A DNA stretch of 10,784 bases, from NCBI GenBank assembly GCA_040222015.1, contig JAVJWO010000190.1, positions 1 to 10,784 on the forward strand, given 5' to 3'. Position numbers and translations under genes: made by a program. Positions 1 through 7,900 of the stretch are shown piece by piece. Origin of the DNA: Coleofasciculus chthonoplastes F2-STO-03 (GTDB lineage: Bacteria > Cyanobacteriota > Cyanobacteriia > Cyanobacteriales > Coleofasciculaceae). Each line of letters starts with the position of its first letter. Within the stretch, counting starts at the first letter, position 1. The notes below the pieces were generated by a model. It saw only the letters and a list, made by a program, of their open reading frames with translations. It made no database searches and was not told the origin of the DNA.

Positions 1-1
1 T

Positions 2-313
2 CCGAATGAGTCAGGATGGTTATGGTGCGAAACTTTAGGCTTATGGTTAGGAATTTGGCAAGGAACAATAAGCCGAGAAACAGCACCGTGGTTACGATTT
101 TATGACTCAGAGGGGAATTTAGTTTTCTTACCCGAAGAAGCTGAACATCAACGGGCTGAATCTGAACGTCAACGCGCCGAATCTGAACGTCAACGCGCCG
201 AAACTGAACGTCAAAGGGCTGAAACTGAACGTCAAAGGGCTGAAACTGAACATCAAAGGGCTGAACGTTTAGCCGCACGATTGCGGGAGTTAGGAGAAGA
301 ACCAGACAATTAG
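2..313 (+). CDS. 3' end of Uma2/DUF820-family (PD-(D/E)XK-like) protein with coiled-coil tail; 5' part outside window
   Basis: Manual translation of frame 2: PNESGWLWCETLGLWLGIWQGTISRETAPWLRFYDSEGNLVFLPEEAEHQRAESERQRAE...RAERLAARLRELGEEPDN*, TAG at 311-313. The WLW..LGLWLG.W...WLRFYD..G.L..P segment and the RAERLAARLRELG tail match my recollection of cyanobacterial Uma2 C-termini. Confidence 0.85.
   Translation, partial: PNESGWLWCETLGLWLGIWQGTISRETAPWLRFYDSEGNLVFLPEEAEHQRAESERQRAESERQRAETERQRAETERQRAETEHQRAERLAARLRELGEEPDN
143..268 (+). repeat. 6 x 21-bp in-frame tandem repeat encoding E(R/H)QRAE(S/T/R) heptads
   Basis: Units of the form GAAC(G/A)TCAA(C/A)G(C/G)GC(C/T)GAA(T/A)CT start at 143, 164, 185, 206, 227 and 248; the last unit ends GAACGT. 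Confidence 0.95.
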
Positions 314-401
314 GAGATATGGGGGATAAAATCATCTCATGCTGATGGACATCCACTGTAAAATGGAGATTTATCCTCAATGTCGATAATCGATTAAAAT
401 C

Positions 402-1172
402 ATGACACAGCAATTACAGCATCGTATCATCTGTTGGAGTTTAAGTTTAATTATCGCTACTATTAGCTGCGTCTTCGGACTACCAACCAGTGCGAAGGCT
501 CAGTCTATCTCAAACACTCATCCAACTCAAATCGCTACAGTATCAGCCAGCGAAGCCTTTCGTAACGCTTATGATCAGCGCTATACCTGGGATAAAAATT
601 TTCCGGGTTATTCTGCAGAGGTTTCGATTACGCACAAAGGAGATATTGACCAGGGAATCGTTCGCGTTCAACCAGATTTAAGTGTGGATGTTATTAATGT
701 TGAACCGGAAAATTTGCGGGAGTTAGTTGCCAATACGGTTAAGATGGAAATCATTCACCGCCGCCGAGTACCGTTTGAGCAGTTGCATGGAAACAATGAC
801 TTTGAGTTAAAGGGGAAAGACGAGTATGGCGCGTTGAAAATCAATGAAGTGGGTGATAATTCATACTATAAGGTTAAAGGTGATGTAATTACTCAAGTGA
901 ATCGCAGCTTTGGAGATGTAGCCGTAACCGTTGACACTCTAGGCACGACTAAAACTCCAGAGGGGTATTTAGTCAGCCACTTTAAAACCACATTTCGCGA
1001 TGCCCAAACCGGTGAAGTTCTGGAAAAAGAAGATGTGCGAGATTTTCATGAAAAGGTGGGCAATTACTATTTGTTAACGAACCGGACGATTCGATATGCC
1101 CAGGCGGACAATCCAGAGGAAAACCCTGTGGCGGATACGAGGATTCGCTTTAATGATATTCAGCCGTTGTAA
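402..1172 (+). CDS. DUF3386-like protein with predicted N-terminal signal peptide
   Basis: 256-aa ORF. Motif A.EAFRNAYDQRYTWDKNFPGYSAEV and IHRRRVPFEQLHG match the DUF3386 signature as I recall it. Hydrophobic N-terminus ends in AKA-Q. Confidence 0.8.
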   Translation: MTQQLQHRIICWSLSLIIATISCVFGLPTSAKAQSISNTHPTQIATVSASEAFRNAYDQRYTWDKNFPGYSAEVSITHKGDIDQGIVRVQPDLSVDVINVEPENLRELVANTVKMEIIHRRRVPFEQLHGNNDFELKGKDEYGALKINEVGDNSYYKVKGDVITQVNRSFGDVAVTVDTLGTTKTPEGYLVSHFKTTFRDAQTGEVLEKEDVRDFHEKVGNYYLLTNRTIRYAQADNPEENPVADTRIRFNDIQPL

Positions 1173-1183
1173 CTAGGAAAAAA

Positions 1184-1333
1184 ATGATTGAGTGGGATCG
1201 AGTCGCCGAGTTGTATGATATCTATGTCCATAGTGATATGGATATTTCCTTCTTTATTCGAGAAATCCGTAACGTATCAGGTCAAGTTCTCGATATGATC
1301 AACATGGTACTAATAAAGGTTAACAAGCTTTAA
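1184..1333 (+). pseudogene. Truncated N-terminal fragment resembling a class I SAM-dependent methyltransferase
   Basis: AGGA upstream, ATG at 1184: MIEWDRVAELYDIYVHSDMDISFFIREIRNVSGQVLDMINMVLIKVNKL*. The pattern D.VAELYD....D..FF.......G.VLD precedes motif I (xCGTG) in such enzymes, and the resemblance ends at that point. Confidence 0.55.
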
Positions 1334-1340
1334 ATCCTTA

Positions 1341-1375
1341 CTGTTCCCTGTTCCCTGTTGCCTGTTCCCTGTTCC
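1341..1375. repeat. STRR-like heptamer tandem repeat (CTGTTCC)x5
   Basis: ctgttcc ctgttcc ctgttgc ctgttcc ctgttcc. Intergenic heptamer repeats are typical of filamentous cyanobacteria. Confidence 0.9.
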
Positions 1376-1406
1376 CTTTGAATTTAGATTTTGCCTTAAT
1401 TTTTCC

Positions 1407-1997
1407 ATGAAACTCTCCCAACGGTTTACCGACGCCTTAACCTTTGCCACTGAACTCCACGCTAACCAAACCCGCAAAGGGAATGGCGTTCCCTACATCG
1501 CCCACCTGTTAGCTGTTGCTAGTATTGCCTTAGAATATGGGGCAAATGAAGAGGAAGCGATCGCAGCCCTTCTCCATGATGCCATTGAAGACCAAGGCGG
1601 TGCAGCAACCCGTGAGGAAATTCGTCGCCGCTTCGGGGATACAATTACCGAGATTGTGGACGGTTGTACCGACGCTGACACGACACCTAAACCCCCTTGG
1701 CGTCAGCGCAAAGCAGCTTATATTGCCCATATTCCTACTGCATCGGCTTCCGTGCGTTTGGTGTCTGCTGCTGATAAGCTGCATAATGCTTGGTCAATTC
1801 TTAAAGATTATCGCATTTTAGGGGATAATTTATGGCAACGCTTTCATGGGGGTAAAGAGGGTACACTGTGGTATTACCGTTCTTTAATTGAAGCCTTTCG
1901 TACCCAGGGTTCTATGCCGATTGTTGACGAATTGGATCGGGTGGTGAGTGAATTAGAATTATTAGCAGGTGTAGCTGACAAGAATTCTGAGTGTTGA
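1407..1997 (+). CDS. Stand-alone HD-domain phosphohydrolase, RelA/SpoT hydrolase (Mesh1/small alarmone hydrolase)-like
   Basis: 196 aa. Motifs H.NQTRKG..VPYIAH, AALLHDAIED and LVSAADKLHN are the RSH hydrolase-domain signatures; no synthetase domain. Confidence 0.88.
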   Translation: MKLSQRFTDALTFATELHANQTRKGNGVPYIAHLLAVASIALEYGANEEEAIAALLHDAIEDQGGAATREEIRRRFGDTITEIVDGCTDADTTPKPPWRQRKAAYIAHIPTASASVRLVSAADKLHNAWSILKDYRILGDNLWQRFHGGKEGTLWYYRSLIEAFRTQGSMPIVDELDRVVSELELLAGVADKNSEC

Positions 1998-2002
1998 TCT
2001 TT

Positions 2003-2064
2003 GTAGGGGCGGGTTTTACCTCTATCATTGGTTGTCACCCGGATGTAACTAAACCCGCCCTAAC
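2003..2064. repeat. GTAG-headed REP-like inverted repeat (possible RNA hairpin)
   Basis: GTAGGGGCGGGTTT (2003-2016) ... AAACCCGCCCTAAC (2051-2064). Perfect 10-bp arms GGGCGGGTTT/AAACCCGCCC; starts 6 nt after the HD gene stop. Confidence 0.75.
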
Positions 2065-2140
2065 TTAGTCAAAGGTATACCTAAATCGCCACCGTGCGAT
2101 CGCATACAACCTTTAGCCCCATTCACCCCGTCATCGTGCT

Positions 2141-2914
2141 ATGAAACCAATCCTTCTTACCACCGCTGCTATTTTCACCGCCATCACTCTGAATACCAGC
2201 GCCTTGGCGAAAAATCTGCAAAATATCCAAAAGGTGCTATCCACTAAAACCTGTCCCGGCTGTGATCTCACCGATGCAGGTCTAGTTATGGCAGAATTAG
2301 TTGGGGCAAACTTGAGTGGGGCAGATTTGAGTCGCGCTAATCTCAGTCGGGCAAATTTGACGGGGGCGGATCTCACCGGGGCAAATCTTAGTGGCGCGTC
2401 TCTCAATGGCGCAAACTTAACTGGGGCAAATCTTAGTGGCGCTATTTTAGTAGGAACGGATCTCAGAGATGCGTATCTGGTGAATGCACAATTGTTTGGT
2501 ACGAATCTGAGTAGTGCTTATATCCAAGGTACTATTGGTCTTCCTGAATATGCCGGAACCCCTGAAGATTTCTATGCTTGGGGTGTGATTGAAGCTGAAC
2601 GGGGAAACTATCAAGCGGCTATTGAACATTATAATCAAGCCCTGAATCTTAAAGCTGATTTTGCTCCCGCCTATTTAGCGAGGGGAATTGCTCGATTTCG
2701 CTTGAGTGATCACGGTGGTGCTACCCGAGATGCTGAAGTGGCTAGTCAGCTTTTTACGACTCAAGAAAACCCGGTTGGTTTTCAAGCCTCCCAGAATCTG
2801 ATTGCTATGGTGGAAATTGCCCAGAATCCTCCGGAAGTTCGTTCTCGCCCATCGTTTGGCAATGCTCTTGTGGGGATTGGTTCACTGCTTTTGCGGTTTT
2901 TATCGCCGTTTTGA
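2141..2914 (+). CDS. Exported pentapeptide-repeat protein with C-terminal TPR
   Basis: Signal peptide ending ALA, CPGCDL cap, A(D/N)LxG pentapeptide run, then TPR-like WGVIEAERGNYQAAIEHYNQALNLKADFAPAYLARGIARF. Confidence 0.92.
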   Translation: MKPILLTTAAIFTAITLNTSALAKNLQNIQKVLSTKTCPGCDLTDAGLVMAELVGANLSGADLSRANLSRANLTGADLTGANLSGASLNGANLTGANLSGAILVGTDLRDAYLVNAQLFGTNLSSAYIQGTIGLPEYAGTPEDFYAWGVIEAERGNYQAAIEHYNQALNLKADFAPAYLARGIARFRLSDHGGATRDAEVASQLFTTQENPVGFQASQNLIAMVEIAQNPPEVRSRPSFGNALVGIGSLLLRFLSPF

Positions 2915-2959
2915 TTGATGAGGGTTTTGTCTGTTGAGGATGGAAATTTTGTTTTTTTA

Positions 2960-2999
2960 ACGCAGAGTAACGCAGAGGTTTACGCAGAGGGCGCAGAGG
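2960..2999. repeat. Four CGCAGAG units (short intergenic repeat)
   Basis: acgcagagtaacgcagaggtttacgcagagggcgcagagg, downstream of the pentapeptide gene. Confidence 0.75.
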
Positions 3000-3093
3000 G
3001 GTTTGGAGGATAGTGACCAAAATTTTATAGAGTTCGCAAACAACTAGAAATGATGTTATTTTCGATAATTTTAAGAGTTTGATTTTAAAATTT

Positions 3094-3723
3094 ATGAATA
3101 GAATACTGTCTAAAAGTGAAAGTGAGCGAATGTTGAAGTGGCTGAATAAAAATCGGTATACTTTGTTAAATCTATATCGGAATCAATATGTGGCTTACAA
3201 TGACTGTCGCGTAGTTGCTCATAGTGAAAATTTGCGAGACGTTTTGGAGTTGGCTACAGCATCAGGGGAGATGTTTGCTATTTATTTAGTGCCACGCAGC
3301 AGGGCTTCTATCCAGATTTTACCAATTCATTTTCGCACAGTGGCTCGCCATGACTGGTTGCCGAATTATCATGTTAGGCTCAAACATAAGGATTTGGATA
3401 TTTCTACTACAATGTTAGTGGACTCTGGGGCAGAAATTAGCTTAATTTCTTTAAAGGTTGGTCAAGATTTAGGCTACAGCTTAGCGGATGCTGAATCAAC
3501 GTTATTAGCGGAGACGATTGGGGGAACGGTTGAGTATGTTTTGCGTAATGTGGAAATGACAATTGATGGACACAGTTTTATTGCTCCTGTTGCTTGGTTA
3601 CAAAGCATTACAAGTGCAGAACAATTGCTCCTGGGGCGGGAAGTTGTTTTTGATCGGTTTAATATTGAGTTCAGACAGGCTGATGAGCAAATTCGGTTTA
3701 CTTGGCGTGAAGAGTTATCGTAA
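3094..3723 (+). CDS. DUF5678-like domain fused to retropepsin-like aspartic protease
   Basis: ATG at 3094 (in-frame TTG at 3079 is an alternative start). N-terminal WLNKNRYTLLNLYRNQYVAYNDCRVVAHSENL..VL resembles DUF5678. C-terminal LVDSGAEISLI (catalytic D-S-G), flap TIGG and LLGREVVFDRF are retropepsin motifs. Confidence 0.8.
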   Translation: MNRILSKSESERMLKWLNKNRYTLLNLYRNQYVAYNDCRVVAHSENLRDVLELATASGEMFAIYLVPRSRASIQILPIHFRTVARHDWLPNYHVRLKHKDLDISTTMLVDSGAEISLISLKVGQDLGYSLADAESTLLAETIGGTVEYVLRNVEMTIDGHSFIAPVAWLQSITSAEQLLLGREVVFDRFNIEFRQADEQIRFTWREELS

Positions 3724-3840
3724 GGGTAAATGCTATTACTGTTCTTAAGCCTATGGGGTAAACCCGAATGTAAGGACACCATCCTTGCACCCTTCTATCT
3801 ATACCGCTCTCTTTTTTCTGGATAATTTCTAATTTAAATC

Positions 3841-3977
3841 ATGAACATCAAAGAATTAGAACCGCAACTGCTTGCTCTAAAGCCTACTGAAAAAGCTCAA
3901 GCCATTCACCTCCTAGCCCAAAGTTTCGATAACAATTGGAAGGGGAACTCGCTATTCGACAGAACGAAGAAGATTGA
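3841..3977 (+). pseudogene. Internally deleted, frameshifted DUF433-type antitoxin gene
   Basis: ATG 3841: MNIKELEPQLLALKPTEKAQAIHLLAQSFDNNWKG, which resembles the N-terminal extension of cyanobacterial DUF433 proteins. A shifted frame at 3945-3977 reads ELAIRQNEED*, resembling their C-terminus. The core (PGVCGG..I..TRI) is missing. Confidence 0.65.
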
Positions 3978-3980
3978 TTA

Positions 3981-3995
3981 ATGGCACGTCTTTAT
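3981..3995 (+). pseudogene. First five codons (MARLY) of a putative DUF5615 PIN-like toxin gene
   Basis: ATG GCA CGT CTT TAT lies 3 nt after the DUF433-like TGA. DUF5615 partners commonly begin MARLY(A/S)(D/N)E. The match is very short and supported mainly by context. Confidence 0.45.
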
Positions 3996-4001
3996 CAAGT
4001 T

Positions 4002-4430
4002 TCAATCAGTAGGAGGATGCCAACCACTGATTGCCCAGCGCCAACGCGCAGACACAATGATTGGGTTGTTCATTCGCAACGCAGTAATGGTGGCGCGACC
4101 TGTAGCCGTTAGCCCTTCTACTTTGGTGCTGTCCAAACTCCAGGTAAAGTGGTCAGTCCACTTCTGAGTGCGTGGGTTGAAAAGTGGCACAGTTTCTCCA
4201 GTTAGCGGATCTTCGGCTTCTGTGGTGTCAGACTTCAATTCATTGCAGGTACGACAGGCAAGGCAGAGATTTTCAAAGGTTGTCGCTCCGCCTTTTGAGC
4301 GGGGCGAGATATGATCGTAGGTCATGGGAATGCCGCTATTGGCTTCACTGGTCAAACAGTAGCAGCAACGGTGGCGATCGCACGCTTCAATTTGAGCCTT
4401 TAGTCTTTCAGGAATATAGTAGGTAGACAC
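4002..4430 (-). CDS. Small HNH endonuclease (putative toxin)
   Basis: 142 aa, GTG start. CCYC...YDHISPRSKGG.T..ENLCLACRTCN HNH/zinc motifs, followed by FNPRTQKW.DHF.W...GLT.TGRATI..L.MN. Confidence 0.92.
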   Translation of the reverse strand: MSTYYIPERLKAQIEACDRHRCCYCLTSEANSGIPMTYDHISPRSKGGATTFENLCLACRTCNELKSDTTEAEDPLTGETVPLFNPRTQKWTDHFTWSLDSTKVEGLTATGRATITALRMNNPIIVSARWRWAISGWHPPTD

Positions 4431-4436
4431 AAGAAA

Positions 4437-4838
4437 TTAGGGCAAAGGTACATGGTGTCCGCGCCAGCGCAGTAGTGCAGCTGCCTGTGCTTTCCGCAGC
4501 ATGAAGCAGTCTGCCTCGGTTCGCAGTACTGTTAGTTCCGTTCGTTCGGCATCCGTCAGTGTACCCTCTTGATTGCGATCGAGTAGGATATTGTACCGCT
4601 CCATATCGGCTACAGTCTTTCGACTTTGAGCAATTTTCCATAATGCCTCATCTTCCATTCTGTCCAAGGCAGCTAGGTCAACCTGAAACTCATCAGGTAC
4701 ATTATCCCAATCAGGGGGACCGCCCACTTTTAGTGCGTGGAGCATGATTTCCTCTAGAGGGCGGTTGGTAGCGTGGGCAGTATTGACTAGCCGTTGGTAA
4801 AGTGGCTCTGGGATTTGCAGGGTAACGGTTTGGGTCAT
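4437..4838 (-). CDS. Hypothetical protein with N-terminal ribbon-helix-helix-like segment (putative antitoxin/regulator of the HNH gene)
   Basis: Likely start is ATG at 4838 (ORF track uses GTG 4859). TVTLQIPEPLYQRLVNTAHATNRPLEEIMLHAL has an RHH-like strand-helix-helix pattern. Ends 6 nt before the HNH start. Confidence 0.75.
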   Translation of the reverse strand: MTQTVTLQIPEPLYQRLVNTAHATNRPLEEIMLHALKVGGPPDWDNVPDEFQVDLAALDRMEDEALWKIAQSRKTVADMERYNILLDRNQEGTLTDAERTELTVLRTEADCFMLRKAQAAALLRWRGHHVPLP

Positions 4839-4863
4839 AGGATTCAAGTTGCCTCTCACTCGA

Positions 4864-4869
4864 ATTCTA
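4864..4869 (-). promoter_or_regulatory. Candidate -10 element (TAGAAT) for the RHH-HNH operon
   Basis: Minus-strand TAGAAT 25 nt upstream of ATG 4838, followed by a GAGAGG RBS-like sequence. No clear -35 element. Confidence 0.4.
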
Positions 4870-4915
4870 CACTGATAGCTATTTCCTTGCCTTGCTGGAT
4901 GACAAAATTAGATAG

Positions 4916-7900
4916 CTACATTAACAAACTTAATTGAGATCCTTGCTCGGTTTTTTGGACTTCAATTCGCGTCTGAAAGGCTTCCTTAAATTGGGGCATG
5001 TGGGTTACGGTTAAGATACAAGCAAAGTCGGATGCGATCGCGTTAATCGCGGCAATCAACCGTTCGCACCCCTCAGCGTCTTGTGTCCCAAAGCCTTCAT
5101 CGACAATCAGCATTTGTAAGGAGGTTCCCGCCCGTTGCGCTAAGAGTCGGGCTAGGGCGAGGCGAATGGCAAAGTTGATTCGGAAGGCTTCACCGCCAGA
5201 ATAGGTTTCATAAGGGCGGGTTCCGCTAGCGTCGGCGATTAAAATATCGAGGGTGTCGATGAGTTTACTCTTGCGCTTGGATGCCCGTTTCCCGGCTTTT
5301 TGGGTGACAATTTGGACGTGTAACTGATTCCCTGTCAGTCGGGATAGAATTTGATTGGTTTCTGCCTCTAATTGGGGTAATATGTTCTCAATCATCAGCG
5401 TTTGAATGCCGTTTTTGCCAAAGGCTTTGGCTAATTCCTGATGCACTCGATATTGCCGTTTTAGGGTTTTAACCTGTTCCTCTTGCTCTTGATATTGAGT
5501 TTGCAGGGTATCCAGTTGAGTTAAGCGCTGTTGTAAACGCCCAACTTGGGATAGGTGTTCGTCTAATTGTCGGCGTCGCTGGAGGATGCGCTGTTCTAGT
5601 ATTTGCACCTCACGGCTGGTGTCGGGATATTGTTCCAATTGCTTGACAATTTCGGCAAGTTGTGAATTCAGGGTTTCGCGATCGCCTTGTCGTTGGGCGA
5701 GGGTTTGAGTCAGGCTGTCTAATCGTTGACAGATTTGCGGATAATGTTCTTGGGCTTTGGTTAATTCTTGATGGCGTAGTTGCCAAGATTGGGCGTGTCG
5801 CAGGGAGGTGCGGAGTTGGTTGTGCGTGTCTAAGTTGTAGCCAATTTCGGTAATTTGTGACTCGATCGCGTCGAGTTGCTGTTTGAGGGGAGAGGTGGTT
5901 TGTAACTCCTCTAGGGATTGGTTTTGCTGATCGAGTTGGGCTTGCAGTTGGGGTTTTTGTTCCTGGATTTTCTCTAGGCGTCGCTGGGCGTCTTCGAGTT
6001 TGGCTTGGCGGATTTCCGCCCATCGCCACCGATCCACTTCTCCCCGTGCGAGGGCGTGGGTTTGTTCGTCGTAGTTTAATTGTTGCAGTTGGTGATCTAG
6101 GGTTTGGAGTTGGGTTTGGATATCTAGGGCGTAGGTTCCTTCACTTAGCGATCGCTCCAGTTGTTTCTTTTCTTCGGAGATGTAATAGAGGCGATCATAC
6201 ACTTCATCGGTGGCTTCGAGTCGGGCTTCGAGTTGTCCCCGTTGTTCGAGTAATTGTTCAAACGGTGCCAATTCTTGGGAGAGTTGGGCGTATTCTTGAC
6301 GTAAGACTTGCAGTTCCCGTTCACAAACGGCTAGTTGTTCTCGCACTACCCAAAATTGATCTTGAATTTCCTGTTGTTCTGTGGTAGTTTTCTGGATAAC
6401 GTGGTGCGAATGGGTTTCATCTAAGGGGCGATCGCACAGGGGACATACGGCGTCCTGAACCTGTAACATTTGGATTTTCTGGGTGAGTTCGGCGATTTGC
6501 TTTTCATAACGGCGCTGGCTTTCTTGCAGTCGTTCCTGAAAGCTGCGGCGTTCGAGTCCTTTTTCTTGGACGCGCTGTTGATAGACTTTCTTTTTTTCTA
6601 AGGTACTGATTTCGGCGACAACTTGCAGAACGGTTTGGCGGAGTTGGGGGGTGGTGGCGATTTGGTGTGAGAGTTGATCTGCTGAGGCGTTGAGTTCGTC
6701 TAAACGGGCGCTGAGGCGGGCGTGGATGCGATCCAGTTCACTTTGCAAGGCGGCGCGGCGTTGCAGGATGGGGGAGACATCGAGTTGAAGTTGATCCAGG
6801 TGATTGAGGCGGGTACGGGCGGCTTTGAGTTTTTCCACGGCTTCGGCTACGTCTGTCGAACGGGTGAGGATCTGTTTAATTTCCTGTTCTTGGGGGCGCA
6901 GGGCGTCGAGTTGGGCTTGGGTTTGACGAATTTGTAGATTTAATTCCTGAATCTGTTGGTTGAGTTGTTGGTTTAGCTGCTGTTTTTGGCGGTGGGCGTT
7001 TTGATCGGCGTGGAATTTTTGGCTGAGACTTTCTTCTCGCTGGTGCAGGGTGAGATAATCGGCATAACCCGTGTTAATTTGTTCTTGTTGGTCTAGAATC
7101 GTGGCTAATTGCTGCTTTTGGCTTTCGGTGGTGGTGATATCCTGGTGTAGGCGATCGCACTCTTGGGTGAGATTTTGGTATTGCTGGCGGACAAAGGTGA
7201 GTTGTTGTTCCCAGGTGTGGCGTTGGTGTTTGAGAGATTGCAGGTGGTGCAGTTGGCTTTGGTCGGTTTCGTGGTCTTGGCGAAGTTGCGATAAGGTGGT
7301 TTGAGTGGCGTCTTGTTGTTGTGCGATCGCCTCTCGTTCTTCGAGTTGCTGCCCAATCGCTTGTAAACTGGATTCTAGTTGTTCGGCTTGACCTTTAAAT
7401 TGGCGGGATAAATCCTTTGCTTGATCGGCTAAGGTTTCGTATTGATCTAGTTTCAATAAATCGGCTAAGATTTGTTTACGTTCCGAGGGACGCCGTAGCA
7501 TAAATTCATCCGCCCGCCCCTGACGCAAGTAAGCGGAGTTGATAAAGGTATCGTAATCCAGCTTAATATGATGCAGGATGAGCTGTTGAGTTGCCCGTAA
7601 TCCTTTTTCGGTTAAAGAACGAAATCCATCTGGGGTTTCAATTTGAAATTCCAAGGAACTACTTTGTCCCCGTTGCTTGCTGCGAATCACCCGATGGGTT
7701 TGTTGGTTATTATGGAAGATGAAATCTACCCGCACATTTTTCGCCCCGGAGTGGATTAAATCATCTTCCGACGCGGCACGGCATTGTCCCCAAATCGCCC
7801 AGGTAATTGCTTCTAGGAGAGAGGATTTGCCAGCACCATTGGCGCCACAGATACAAGCCGTATGCAGTCCGCGAAAGTCCAGGGTCGTTTCGCGGTAACT

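Larger units (their letters stand above)
1557..7330. repeat. Dispersed HIP1 octamers GCGATCGC
   Basis: Seen at 1557, 2096, 4374, 5034, 5678, 6148, 6428, 7151 and 7323. Strong over-representation is characteristic of cyanobacteria. Confidence 0.9.

Noticed and set aside
322..378. Imperfect inverted repeat GGGGATAAA...TTTATCCTC between the Uma2 and DUF3386 genes
   Set aside because: Short and imperfect with no U-tract; a terminator or operator call cannot be supported.
3750..3800. Possible degenerate REP-like hairpins after the protease gene
   Set aside because: Arms are too short and mismatched to distinguish from chance.
490..4747. Small ORFs overlapping the DUF3386, HD, pentapeptide, protease, HNH and RHH genes
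   Set aside because: They overlap better-supported CDSs and lack motifs; 2131-2406 is simply the antisense of the pentapeptide repeats.
4998..7898. Small ORFs overlapping sbcC
   Set aside because: Alternative-frame or antisense ORFs inside a well-supported gene, with no recognisable motifs.
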